Numbered from the stretch's first letter, positions 1 to 9,124 are shown. The stretch is DNA of 32,000 nt from an uncultured Chloroflexia bacterium (GCA_963704755.1 OY969938.1:2340001-2372000); one strand, 5' to 3'. The notes: generated by a model not told the origin, from the sequence alone. Translations and numbers: made by a program.

Positions 1-3000
1 ATTTGTGCAAATCGGTCAATTAACACCCGCGAGTTTGTTCCGGCGTTCGCCAGGGATTTCGCCAGCTCATCCAGCCAGGCCAGCAATTCTGGCGCCTGTC
101 CGCTACCCGCCAGCAAAACGGGTACCTTGCCAGGCAAGTTTCCTTCGCTTATCAATTTGCGCAGGGTCGTGATCTGGCGTAAGGCCGCCGCGACATGCGT
201 TTGAATTTGGCCAAGCTTCGGATTGGCAGGTAAATCAGCGGCCAGAGCGGTAATTCCAGAAGAAAATTGAGACTCGCGGAACCCCGCGGGGAGATTCGCG
301 AACAGGGGGATCCAGGGTACCAGTTCGCCGATCGTGCGTTGGATGGCGATGTGATGCCTTTCGACCTGGGCGGTGACTTCTTGCAACTTACCAAGTGTCT
401 TCAGATCAAAAGCGGATTGGCCTACTTCCACGAGGTCCATCAAACGGCGGGATAAATCTTGCCAGAACGGCCCACTGACTTTCAAAAAGAATGGGTACCA
501 GCGATCGGTTTGGTAATGCATGGACACAATTTCGGCGCGGATCGCGGCGATACTCTGGTTTATTTCCTTGACCTGTTGGTCGAACTCGGCTTTACGCATC
601 TCCGTCAAAGCCTCGGTCAGGTTGGAAAGCGTATCGAGGTAACCTTGCCAAAGGTCCCAGCGGAATATCGGCTCACCCGGCATGTTCTTACAGCCCTGGG
701 CAATGACAATAAAACTGGCAGCCAGGTTGCCGCTATCCACGGTGGAAATATAGCACGGGTGGAGCGACTGAAGCGTGAGGGTATCGTACCAATTCAGAAA
801 ATGCCCGCGGTAACGTTCCAGCCGGCTTAACGTGTCGAGGGTTGTAGCCAGGCGCGTCGCCAGCCCAAGCTGATCCAGGTAACCCAGGTCGTAAGCGGCC
901 AGGGTTGAGGTGAGCAGCAGGCCAATATTGGTCGGTGAGGTGCGATGGGCAATCGTTTCTACCGGCAACTCCTGGTAATGATCGGGCGGAAGCCAGTGAT
1001 CTTCCGGGCCGACAAACCTTTCGAAAAAGCCCCAGGTTCGCCGGGTGATCTGACGCAAATGGATCACCTGCTCGTCATTCAACGGCAGCGTACGTTCGAC
1101 AATCGGTCGATTGATCCACCATACGATTAACGGAGAAACCACCCATAACAGCAGCACCGGTGAGGCGTCGCTCAACGCGGATATCACTGCACTCCTGGAC
1201 AGACCCGGAGCAAGCCATAATCCTGCGGCAAGAATCACTGCCAGCAGAGTCGATATAGCCATTTTTTGCCAGGCATTATTCCGGCGCTTTTGTAAGTTAA
1301 AAACCTGGGTAGTCTGGGCCGCAGTGGTCCACTGTAAAAGGTTCCGGTGGCTGATAAACAAGCGATAAAGTGTGGTCAGACCGGCGTCTATGGAGATATA
1401 GGCGTCATAGGGCAGAAAAGCAATCATCATCAGCCAGCGCAGCAGGTTCCAGCCCAAGGGATGAAAAGCAAGACCGGGAAATTCGCCGGCCAGGATTTGT
1501 TGTGCGCTGCGTGCCATACCGGTGAGCACGGGAATTCCGAGGGAGATCAGAACAACTGCCGCCCACAGCCCGGAACGGCTGGGCAAAAAAATCAACCCAA
1601 AAACGAAGGCCAGCAAAAGCGCGGGCGCGAGCATTGCCCGGCGCAGGTTGTCGAAAATCTTCCAACGGTCGATTGCCGTAAACACCGCCCCTTGCTTTTT
1701 GGATTGGAACAACCAGGGCAAAAGCTGCCAATCTCCGCGGATCCAACGCCGCTGGCGTTGGCCCTGGATGAAATAATTCTGCGGATACTCTTCGATCATG
1801 GTGATATCGGTCACCAACCCGGCACGGCCCATCAGACCTTCCAGAAGGTCATGGCTGAGAACGGTATTTTCCGGGATGCGCTTATCTACACTGCGCTCGA
1901 AGGCGTCCACGTCGTAAATCCCTTTGCCAACGTAGCTTCCTTCACCAAATAAGTCCTGGTATGCATCCGAGACGGCAAGCGTGTAAAGGTCCAGCCCGGC
2001 ATCGCCGGCAAAGATTCGGGTGAACCAGGAATGATTGGCGCTTTTAGGGAGAATCTCCATGCGAGGCTGCAGAACGGTATACCCGGAAACGACTTCTCCG
2101 GTTAAGTCATCGAATACAGCCTGGTTAAGCGGATGAGCCAGTGTGCCGGCCAAACGACAGGCCGCCCCACGCGGCAAAATGGTGTCAGTATCCAGGGTTA
2201 TGACGAACCGTATCCCGCTCAGCGGGCCGTCTTTGGCTTTCAAATCGCCGGTCAGGGTAATAAAGGACAGGTTTGTCCCGCCGCGTAGGAGCTGGTTTAG
2301 CTCATGCAGCTTACCGCGCTTCCGTTCCCAACCTATCCACATCCCCTCCCGTGGGTTCCATAAACGCTTGCGATGAAGAAAGAAGAAGAGCCTGGCGCTT
2401 TGCTCGCCCACATCTTCTACCGGTTTGCTTTCAGGAATATCGCCGGGATCTCCGCCTTCTGCATGGCGCCCGTATTTTGCGTTCAAGGCCTCGATCGCTC
2501 TCTTGGTATATTGAAGCAGCTCTTCATCTTCGGGCAATGATTCGCTGTTTGCGTCGCGGAAATCGGTCAACAAAGCAAACAGCAGCCCGGGTTCAGGGTT
2601 GCGAAGATATTGCAGTTCGAGCTGGTGAGCGAGGGAATCGATTTCCTCACGACTGGTAATCATCGCCGGGATCACCACCAGGGTATGGAAAAGATCAGGG
2701 ATTTCGCCCTTGAAATCAAGCTTGGGCAGAACACGCGGCCGGATCACCAGCGTGATCAGCCAGTTGACCAGGCTGGTCGCCACGGTCAACACCGCAATCA
2801 GTATTGCCGCGGCCAGCAAGAAAGCAGCAATCCATTGGATCGAAGTTCCCCCAATATTTCGAGCGATATCCCAGGGAGAGAGACCGGATAACGATGAGCC
2901 TACCCGAAACAATTTCGGCAGGCGTGCTGCAATGGAAAAAGATAAGGTGATCAGGAGGGTTAGTAACAGAATACTGGAGAGATAAAGGGCATTGGCCTTC

Positions 3001-4163
3001 TGGAATACCCAACGTTTAAGGGCCGTTTTTGCGTCCGGCCGGTAACCAATTTGCTGTTCCAGTTTGTCCCGGCCTTTTCCGAGCAGGTACTCGCCCACAT
3101 GCCTGGCGCGGTCCGTTACTACAGGCTCGGGAAGGATTCCGTGTCCATCCGGCCCGCCGGGTGCGTTCAATCCCCTCGCCAGGCCGGCGGCTGCGCCGCC
3201 CGGTAAAACGGGGGGTTGATCCGCCGGAACTGCTTGAGCCAGTTCCAGAGCGATCCCGGCCAACTCGCTCTCATCCCGGCCGGTGGCAAGCGAAAGCGCT
3301 TCGATTTCTTTGCGGTACAGATCGCGGGTCTCGAAGTCCATCTGGGGGTATATTCCAGCCGGGTCCTCTCGCAGAGTCCGTTCCAGGGGACTTACCGATT
3401 CGAAGAAATCGCTCCAATTTTGTTCGGAGATGGACCTCAAGCTGAGGATGATATTGGCAACGCTGTTATTGCCGGCGGTCTCTCCCGAAGCTGTTTCCCA
3501 GGCCGGTAAAGGGTTTCCTACACTCGGTAAGTTTGGGACCTCCGCCGGCAAATTGGGCGGATCGGGCGGATGAATTAAAGGAACCAGGGCATGCGCCAGG
3601 AATTCGACCAGGCTATACCGCAAAAAGATCGGTAAAGCCCACAACTCACCCGTCGTCAGCGGAACGGATTTCTGAAATTGGATCAGGACGGTTTGTAATT
3701 CGATGGGATCTAATAAAAGCTGTTGATCCGCGAGGACCGCCCGTGCAATGGCATAAATGCGCGGAAAATACTTCAGCGGGCCGCCGGTTAGCTTGGGTAA
3801 CTGCTGATAATAGTCGAGGGGTAAGTCTTCTTCGATTTGCTGAAGAGCCTGGCGGATAATGTAATAATTATCCAGCATCCACTCGGAGGCATAGCTGAGC
3901 GAGACTTTCTCGCGCGAGGTTTTATTGATGTAGCGATACGCCTCGGCCAGCCAGGATCCAAATAATGCCAGATCACGTCCAGGTAAGTCACGCCCGGTCA
4001 GATTAGCATTAAAAGCCCGTCCCGATTTACTCCGGCCGGCATTCTGGTAATTTTTTTCCAGGGCGTTTACAAGTTCCAGGACCTTGTCTGTTTTGGAAAC
4101 GGGAATTTTTAGGGGAGAAACGACTTCTTGTTCCCGTATTGGGTTGGTGTGGTCCTCCAGCAT
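1..4163 (-). CDS. Cyclic beta-1,2-glucan synthase-like processive glycosyltransferase (NdvB/ChvB/Cgs type), N-terminal ~1387 codons; 3' end lies beyond the left edge
   Basis: Absent from the ORF track because it has no stop in the window. Hand translation from ATG 4163..4161 gives one unbroken frame, and every listed minus ORF in 1-4233 lies in one of the other two frames. Motifs read: RFVITLDTDTILPRGAA, VLQPRMEILP, GQRQRRWIRGDWQLLPW (D,D,D + QxxRW signature). There are several hydrophobic helices, e.g. LYLSSILLLTLLITLSF and IQWIAAFLLAAAILIAVLTVA. Confidence 0.8.
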   Translation of the reverse strand, partial: MLEDHTNPIREQEVVSPLKIPVSKTDKVLELVNALEKNYQNAGRSKSGRAFNANLTGRDLPGRDLALFGSWLAEAYRYINKTSREKVSLSYASEWMLDNYYIIRQALQQIEEDLPLDYYQQLPKLTGGPLKYFPRIYAIARAVLADQQLLLDPIELQTVLIQFQKSVPLTTGELWALPIFLRYSLVEFLAHALVPLIHPPDPPNLPAEVPNLPSVGNPLPAWETASGETAGNNSVANIILSLRSISEQNWSDFFESVSPLERTLREDPAGIYPQMDFETRDLYRKEIEALSLATGRDESELAGIALELAQAVPADQPPVLPGGAAAGLARGLNAPGGPDGHGILPEPVVTDRARHVGEYLLGKGRDKLEQQIGYRPDAKTALKRWVFQKANALYLSSILLLTLLITLSFSIAARLPKLFRVGSSLSGLSPWDIARNIGGTSIQWIAAFLLAAAILIAVLTVATSLVNWLITLVIRPRVLPKLDFKGEIPDLFHTLVVIPAMITSREEIDSLAHQLELQYLRNPEPGLLFALLTDFRDANSESLPEDEELLQYTKRAIEALNAKYGRHAEGGDPGDIPESKPVEDVGEQSARLFFFLHRKRLWNPREGMWIGWERKRGKLHELNQLLRGGTNLSFITLTGDLKAKDGPLSGIRFVITLDTDTILPRGAACRLAGTLAHPLNQAVFDDLTGEVVSGYTVLQPRMEILPKSANHSWFTRIFAGDAGLDLYTLAVSDAYQDLFGEGSYVGKGIYDVDAFERSVDKRIPENTVLSHDLLEGLMGRAGLVTDITMIEEYPQNYFIQGQRQRRWIRGDWQLLPWLFQSKKQGAVFTAIDRWKIFDNLRRAMLAPALLLAFVFGLIFLPSRSGLWAAVVLISLGIPVLTGMARSAQQILAGEFPGLAFHPLGWNLLRWLMMIAFLPYDAYISIDAGLTTLYRLFISHRNLLQWTTAAQTTQVFNLQKRRNNAWQKMAISTLLAVILAAGLWLAPGLSRSAVISALSDASPVLLLWVVSPLIVWWINRPIVERTLPLNDEQVIHLRQITRRTWGFFERFVGPEDHWLPPDHYQELPVETIAHRTSPTNIGLLLTSTLAAYDLGYLDQLGLATRLATTLDTLSRLERYRGHFLNWYDTLTLQSLHPCYISTVDSGNLAASFIVIAQGCKNMPGEPIFRWDLWQGYLDTLSNLTEALTEMRKAEFDQQVKEINQSIAAIRAEIVSMHYQTDRWYPFFLKVSGPFWQDLSRRLMDLVEVGQSAFDLKTLGKLQEVTAQVERHHIAIQRTIGELVPWIPLFANLPAGFRESQFSSGITALAADLPANPKLGQIQTHVAAALRQITTLRKLISEGNLPGKVPVLLAGSGQAPELLAWLDELAKSLANAGTNSRVLIDRFAQ

Positions 4164-4165
4164 GC

Positions 4166-5248
4166 TTAGCGTCCCCCGGATTTTTCGGCGGCAATACCCG
4201 CAGCGGTTGGCTGGACATGGGTTCGCGATACATCCTGAATGATCAGGACGGGTTTTGTGCCATGCTCAATAAAATTGCGAGCGACGCTTCCGTAAGGCCA
4301 GGTCGATTGCCCGGTATATCCATGCGCGCTCATGAGAATCAGGTCGATATTTTCCTGGTCGGCTAAATCCTGAACGGCGGTAGTGATATTGCTGCTCTCA
4401 ACCACGCGGATCTCACATTCCACAGGCAGGTGAAGTTTCATCCCATCCAAGTAGGCTTGCACCGCCTTGCGACTTACCTGTAACAACTGGTCAGATAGTT
4501 TTCTGATCTCGGCCGGATATGGCGCCGGTATGGGAATTTCCGGAGGGGAGATCACTGCCGCGAGGAACAGCTTCGGCTCTTGGGCAACACTGGCAGGCTC
4601 AGTCGCGAAGTCCTCTATTCCAGGCAGAGCTTTCTCGCTGGCGGACTGCAACTTGGTTTCTCCCTGCGCCAGCACGATACCAGCCGAAAGGGCACTTTCG
4701 GCCCGGCGCGAACTATCGATCGGCAGGAGAATGCGGCTGTAGCGAATCTCGGCGCCTTCCGTTTCGGGCTGGTTATAGGCGCGGACGATGAGCACAGGCA
4801 GGTAGATCATGTCGATTACCTTTTGGGTGACACTGCTGACGTTCCAGCGACTCAATCCGCCTGATCCATGCGTACTGATAATGAGCAGGTCAATATTTTC
4901 GACGTGAGCGAAGTTGACGATGTTTTCAGCCGTTTTCCCCTCGCGGATGGAATATTCTACGGTGACCTTCTTTTCATCGCTATCTTGCTCCCCGGTGTCC
5001 ACATTAAGATTATTGAGGTCTTCCCGAAGCTGTGTCGCGATTCCACGCAAATACAAATCTGCCTCTGCTTTATGAATTTGCCAGCTCAACGGATCTACAG
5101 AATTAGGGTTATCGTGGTAAGCAGAAGGGTCGAGAACTTGTAACAGGAAAATGGTTGATCCAAAGATTTGCGCAAACAATTTAGCGTGCGGGAGTGCCCG
5201 CTCTGCAAGTGTTGAGCCATCCAAAGGGACCAGAATGCGGTTAAACAT
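4166..5248 (-). CDS. Tandem universal stress protein (two UspA domains)
   Basis: 360-aa ORF. It has two repeats of the Usp pattern: MFNRILVPLDGS...LLIISTHGSGGLSRW..SVTQKV and RILLPIDSS...LILMSAHGYTG..WPYGSVARNF. GGAG lies 9 nt before ATG 5248. The TAA stop at 4168..4166 is 2 nt from the next gene's ATG. Confidence 0.85.
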   Translation of the reverse strand: MFNRILVPLDGSTLAERALPHAKLFAQIFGSTIFLLQVLDPSAYHDNPNSVDPLSWQIHKAEADLYLRGIATQLREDLNNLNVDTGEQDSDEKKVTVEYSIREGKTAENIVNFAHVENIDLLIISTHGSGGLSRWNVSSVTQKVIDMIYLPVLIVRAYNQPETEGAEIRYSRILLPIDSSRRAESALSAGIVLAQGETKLQSASEKALPGIEDFATEPASVAQEPKLFLAAVISPPEIPIPAPYPAEIRKLSDQLLQVSRKAVQAYLDGMKLHLPVECEIRVVESSNITTAVQDLADQENIDLILMSAHGYTGQSTWPYGSVARNFIEHGTKPVLIIQDVSRTHVQPTAAGIAAEKSGGR

Positions 5249-5491
5249 AAAAATTACTCCGTTCTAAATGAATGCGAGTAAGGGAGAAGATATACCGGTG
5301 CCATTTATTTACCGCGCGAGATAGCCAAGGCGCAGCCCGTCATAGGACGACTTTTCCCGTAAGCCGGGCCATTCGACCACTCCTTTTCGCAAAACTCCCT
5401 CTGGATCATCTTACGAAAAAAGGGCTACCTATGTCCCTACAAAACCCTATAAAAAATCTATTAAATGTTGTAACTCCGCGAGCTTGGCATG

Positions 5492-5544
5492 AACATTTTG
5501 GGATATTTTGGTGGGCTCCGCCCACCAAAACATCCCAAAATGTT
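5492..5544. repeat. Long intergenic hairpin, family copy A (25-bp arms, 1 mismatch, loop TCC)
   Basis: AACATTTTGGGATATTTTGGTGGGC-TCC-GCCCACCAAAACATCCCAAAATGTT. Flanking GTAACTCCGCGAGC (5' side) and TGAAAATGGTTTAC (3' side) resemble the family's outer repeats. Confidence 0.8.
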
Positions 5545-6096
5545 TTATGGAGCCCTATGAAAATGGTTTACTTCATTCGCACAGAATACGCCGTCCTGGC
5601 CGAACTTGCTCGTCACCCGCATGCAACGGTCAGGCAGGATGAACCGATTCCCCTGGCCTGGGCCGGCCGCGCAAAATGCCGGGGACAATCAGCAGCCGGA
5701 TCGAAACCGGTCGGGCATGGGGTATATCTTCCAGTCAAGACTGGTCACCAATCGGATCAGCCCGGTCCAATGGATGAAAACCCCGTATTTCTTGCCCACA
5801 CCTGAGTTATCGTAAATTTGTTTAGGTATTTTATAGATTATCACAAGGACGTAGATAGGTCCTGCCCTGTATGATAGAGGTTAGGAATTTAAAACGATAC
5901 CAACCCAACCAATCGCCTGGTTTATGGATATAACACAACCGCCTGGCCTGACAGGTAAAAAAAGCCAAAATTTGGGCTGCTTGCGGAAACTTCGCCAGGA
6001 CGGTTGATCAATTACGAAGATAGGATGATTCCGGATTTCAAATAAACCCGGAATCATATGACCATTTCTTCACTGAACAAAAAGGAGCTGAATTTT

Positions 6097-6623
6097 ATGC
6101 CACGGAGCACATTCTATGTAAATGAAAAAGTACAGGTTAGCTTCCAGCCTAACATTGGCCTGGATGCTTCTGCCCGCCATTCTGTTGTGGAAATTTTTAA
6201 CATTATCCTGGCGGATGAATCCGTATTATTGTTAAAACCCATCGCGCGGAAGAGCATCCGGGAGGAATCGTTGTTCCTGATCTGAAATCCATTTACAAGG
6301 CACAATGTATCCAAATCGATCAAATCCTCCTGGAGGTTCTGGAACGAATAAACATAATGGGTGGTTCACCCATTCACAATCACGGTGAATTAATCGATAC
6401 GGCTCGATTATATGCAAGCCCGGATGTCCAACCCAGCGCCACGGCTATTCTCGCTGACCACGAGGCCTTCATCCGCTATTTGCGCGAGGACGCTCAGAAA
6501 TGTTCTGAAGTGTATGAGGACCAGGTTAGTTTCTCACAGCTTGTCGGCCTCATGCGAGAACACGAAAAAATGGCCTGGACGCTGCGTCCCTACATCGAGC
6601 CGGGGCTGGTTGGCGACGATTAA
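6097..6623 (+). pseudogene. Dps/ferritin-like protein, reading frame broken by a 1-nt deficit near 6234-6240 (A4 run)
   Basis: ATG 6097 follows AAAGGAG (6081-6087). ORF 6058..6285 ends ...LADESVLLLK then stops. The frame of ORF 6357..6623 is open from 6219 and continues KTHRAEEHPGG..DL..IDQILLEVLERINIMGGSP...LADHEAFIRYLRED...MREHEKMAWTLRPYIE, which is colinear with Dps. Total length 6058..6623 is 3n+2. Confidence 0.6.
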
Positions 6624-6730
6624 CGATCGGCACTAAAAAAGTTCAACCTTGGTTTCGAAGTTTTGTTATATGAGCTATTATTTCTGAATTTATCCACCCG
6701 TTTGAAGATCGTCCAGAAAAGGAGTAAAAC

Positions 6731-6940
6731 ATGGGACGCAAAGGTGTAAGTAAACGCAAGCCAAAGCAAGCCAGATCGAATTCGTCACCCAGCTCGGATG
6801 CCACAGGGAGTGCGTCTTCCGTTATGAGGGCAGTGGAAAGTCAACCGGCCAATTTGCCCGGTGCCGGCAAGGATGTCACGTCCGGCCATAGCAATGGTAA
6901 ACCCTCCTCGGATCGGAAGAAAAATCCAAAGAGGGGTTAA
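6731..6940 (+). CDS. Small basic, Ser/Lys-rich hypothetical protein (69 aa)
   Basis: ATG is preceded by AAAAGGAG with good spacing. The sequence is low-complexity and hydrophilic, I recognise no family, and it sits among stress genes. Confidence 0.45.
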   Translation: MGRKGVSKRKPKQARSNSSPSSDATGSASSVMRAVESQPANLPGAGKDVTSGHSNGKPSSDRKKNPKRG

Positions 6941-7028
6941 ACCTTCCGATAAAAATCAGAGATACAAGTATTCAAATCGTACCATTGCTGATCTTCAACT
7001 CAGCTAATGTTTCAGGTAAAACAAATTG

Positions 7029-7140
7029 TAACGGCTCAGTCTAACGGGTAAGAACCCCGAATTTGAGATGTTTGTGGCAGCTTCGCTGCCACAAACATCT
7101 CAAATTCGGGAACTTCTCGCCCAGGCTTGAGTAGGGAAGA
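7029..7140. repeat. Intergenic palindromic element, family copy B (perfect 26-bp hairpin 7056-7110, loop TTC, with outer repeat-like flanks)
   Basis: CCCGAATTTGAGATGTTTGTGGCAGC-TTC-GCTGCCACAAACATCTCAAATTCGGG. Flanks are GTAACGGCTCAGTC and GGCTTGAGTAGGG. The 3' flank GGGAACTT... is shared with copy E. Confidence 0.8.
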
Positions 7141-7156
7141 CAAATAAAGGATTATT

Positions 7157-7429
7157 ATGGGCTTACTATCATGGATCGTTGTAGGTTTGATTGCCGGCTG
7201 GTTGGCCGGGCAGGTCATGAAGGGGGGCGGTTATGGCCTGATTGGAGATATCGTCGTTGGCGTGATTGGCGGGTTGCTGGGTGGTTGGATCGCAACCTCA
7301 TTGCTCCATATTAGCGAAGGTGTGAATGGCATTAACCTGGAATCGATCCTGGTGGCCTTTGCTGGGGCAGTGATCCTGCTCGTTCTTTTGCGCTTGTTGA
7401 GTGGCGGAAGGCGAAGAGTTCTGCGCTAA
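7157..7429 (+). CDS. GlsB/YeaQ/YmgE family (transglycosylase-associated) small membrane stress protein
   Basis: 90 aa reading MGLLSWIVVGLIAGWLAG....GLIGDIVVGVIGGLLGGWI, the typical Gly-zipper three-helix pattern. AAGGA lies 7 nt upstream of the ATG. Confidence 0.8.
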   Translation: MGLLSWIVVGLIAGWLAGQVMKGGGYGLIGDIVVGVIGGLLGGWIATSLLHISEGVNGINLESILVAFAGAVILLVLLRLLSGGRRRVLR

Positions 7430-7499
7430 GGGTTAACATGCCTCCAAAGTCGCGGCGGTATGATCACCTGGCCACGCGTCTCCATTAGGTCTTAACACG

Positions 7500-7550
7500 A
7501 ATCCACGAAACGCATATGTATATAGTGTGTTTTTCGTGGATTTTTCTTTA
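7500..7550 (+). terminator. Rho-independent terminator candidate after the glsB-like gene
   Basis: AATCCACGAAA (7500-7510) pairs with TTTCGTGGATT (7532-7542) and is extendable by AAACGCA/TGTGTTT with one G-U pair. It is followed by TTTCTTT. Confidence 0.6.
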
Positions 7551-7840
7551 AACAACCTTCTTCAAGAGAATTCTCAGACGGCGATAATATAGAGATATTT
7601 TATAGAGCCTGTCCGGGACGTGGACCCTTTCAGATACGATAGGATTAAATGATCTCTATCAAGAGACTCTATCCGGGGTACGGATTCTTCGAGGTGTTTT
7701 TAAAAATCGTACCAGTTCATTCTCGTGACAGCAGCACTCGCCAACACCTATTTTTCAACAACTTTTGCCTTACGGCTAAAAAAAATCTGCTTATCAGTGT
7801 TTAGGCATTTACATTCGCCATTACCCCCCGGTTAACTATT

Positions 7841-7880
7841 GTAAGGGGAGCGGCGGAGACTCGAGCGCCGCTCCCCTTAC
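7841..7880 (-). terminator. Strong hairpin downstream of the DAO-family gene (end of the fixCX-etfBA-dao unit)
   Basis: GTAAGGGGAGCGGCG-gagactcgag-CGCCGCTCCCCTTAC, a perfect 15-bp stem 19 nt after the stop. The T-tract is weak (AATAGTT on minus). Confidence 0.55.
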
Positions 7881-7898
7881 ATAAAGGAAGTCCCGGAA

Positions 7899-9104
7899 TC
7901 AGTGAATGTCGATGTCGGGTTTGGCAATCAGGCGGCCATTGGCGTCGTACTGGAGCTTCGAAAGGCGAGAAAGCGGCAGCCGGTCCAGATACCAGGACCT
8001 TTCACCGGTCATGACAAAAGCCGCCACGTCGCGCCCGATGGTCGGGGCTTCGATGACCCCGTTACCGCCCGCACCGGCAGCCAGGACGTAGCCTTCAACC
8101 GGGGTGGGGCCGAGCACGGGCAGGAAGTCCGGCGGCTCGGCGCGGTAGCCGACCCATTCGTTGACGACCGCTGAATTGAGCAGGCGGGGGTAGACCTCCA
8201 TCAATTGCTCGGTGAGAAAATCCCAGAAGTAGGCATCTGTGCCACCGGTCATAGGCAGTTGGTCCGGGTCCCAGAAGCCGGCATGCATGGGGTCGTTCAG
8301 GTCCATGCTCTGGTGCGACTTGCAAATAAAGACGTTGCTCTTATCCTTGCGGGCATAGAAACGCGGGTACTTGAGCACCGGGAAGGGATAGCCAAGCTCT
8401 CCGGTCGGCTCGAGGATAAATACCTCGGCTTTGGTGTGCCAGATCGGCAGATCGATGCCCACCAGTTTGGCGACGTTGCGTGCCCAGGGGCCGGAGGCAT
8501 CGACGACCACGTCAAAGTCGAAGTGACCCTTGCTCGTCTCGACCCCGGTGACCTTTCCATCCCGGACGCAAATATCTTCGACCCGGGTACCGATGTGGAT
8601 GGTAACGCCCCGCTCGCGGGCAAGCCTGGCAATGGTGTTGGCGGTCATGGTGGCGTCGAAGAAACCGTCGTCCGGGCACCAGCCCGCGCCGAGGACACCG
8701 TCCAGGTTGAGGTCAGGGATAATGGCGTGGATCTTTTCCGGGTCGGTCCAATATTCGGCCTGATAGCCGGAGGCTATGGTCAGCGCCACGGCCTGCTTGA
8801 CGTAGCCCTGATACTGCTCGTAGGGGCAAATGGTCAGCGTGCCGGTCTTCTCGAAGCCGGTCGAGCCGGGCATCTGCTTTTCCAAACCGGTGTAGAATTT
8901 GAAGCCGAACAAACGTACGGACCAGAACTCGTGGGAAACCGAATTGTCGATCAGGCAGAAAGTCGCCGCCGATTTGGCCGTAGTACCGGAACCGATGCTG
9001 TTTTTTTCGAACAAGGTGACTTCTGCATCCGGGTATTGGCTGAGGAAATAGGCCGTGGTGGTGCCGATGATGCCACCGCCGATAATGCCGATGCGTTTTT
9101 TCAT
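7899..9104 (-). CDS. DAO-family FAD-dependent oxidoreductase (sarcosine/glycine/D-amino-acid dehydrogenase-like)
   Basis: Start chosen at the internal ATG 9104 (MKKRIGIIGGGIIGTTTAYFL, a GxGxxG dinucleotide fold), preceded by GAAGGAGAAGAAAAT. The track's 493-aa version adds an Arg-rich extension that overlaps etfA in another frame. Confidence 0.8.
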   Translation of the reverse strand: MKKRIGIIGGGIIGTTTAYFLSQYPDAEVTLFEKNSIGSGTTAKSAATFCLIDNSVSHEFWSVRLFGFKFYTGLEKQMPGSTGFEKTGTLTICPYEQYQGYVKQAVALTIASGYQAEYWTDPEKIHAIIPDLNLDGVLGAGWCPDDGFFDATMTANTIARLARERGVTIHIGTRVEDICVRDGKVTGVETSKGHFDFDVVVDASGPWARNVAKLVGIDLPIWHTKAEVFILEPTGELGYPFPVLKYPRFYARKDKSNVFICKSHQSMDLNDPMHAGFWDPDQLPMTGGTDAYFWDFLTEQLMEVYPRLLNSAVVNEWVGYRAEPPDFLPVLGPTPVEGYVLAAGAGGNGVIEAPTIGRDVAAFVMTGERSWYLDRLPLSRLSKLQYDANGRLIAKPDIDIH

Positions 9105-9124
9105 ATTTTCTTCTCCTTCGATAT

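Noticed and set aside
459-3859. Chain of short plus-strand ORFs (459..830, 1347..1952, 2273..2659, 3029..3445 and others)
   Set aside because: All are antisense or off-frame to one uninterrupted minus-strand frame encoding the glucan synthase-like protein. The track omits that frame only because it has no stop inside the window.
5696-5710. tRNA T-arm-like CCGG-ATCGAAA-CCGG (minus strand GGTTTCGATCC); also tmRNA/SRP/cobalamin-riboswitch-like fragments nearby
   Set aside because: I could not build an acceptor stem, an anticodon arm with a 7-nt loop, or the ordered conserved boxes of any of these RNAs around it. These are isolated short matches only.
5272-5805. 177-aa plus-strand ORF in the usp-dps spacer
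   Set aside because: It reads straight through the 53-bp palindrome, has no RBS and shows no recognisable family features.
7430-7900. AT-rich 470-bp spacer between glsB and the DAO gene as a possible hidden gene or sRNA
   Set aside because: There is no ORF of 60 aa or more, no RBS-start pair and no convincing structure beyond the two terminator hairpins. It is best treated as the boundary between the stress islet and the catabolic island.
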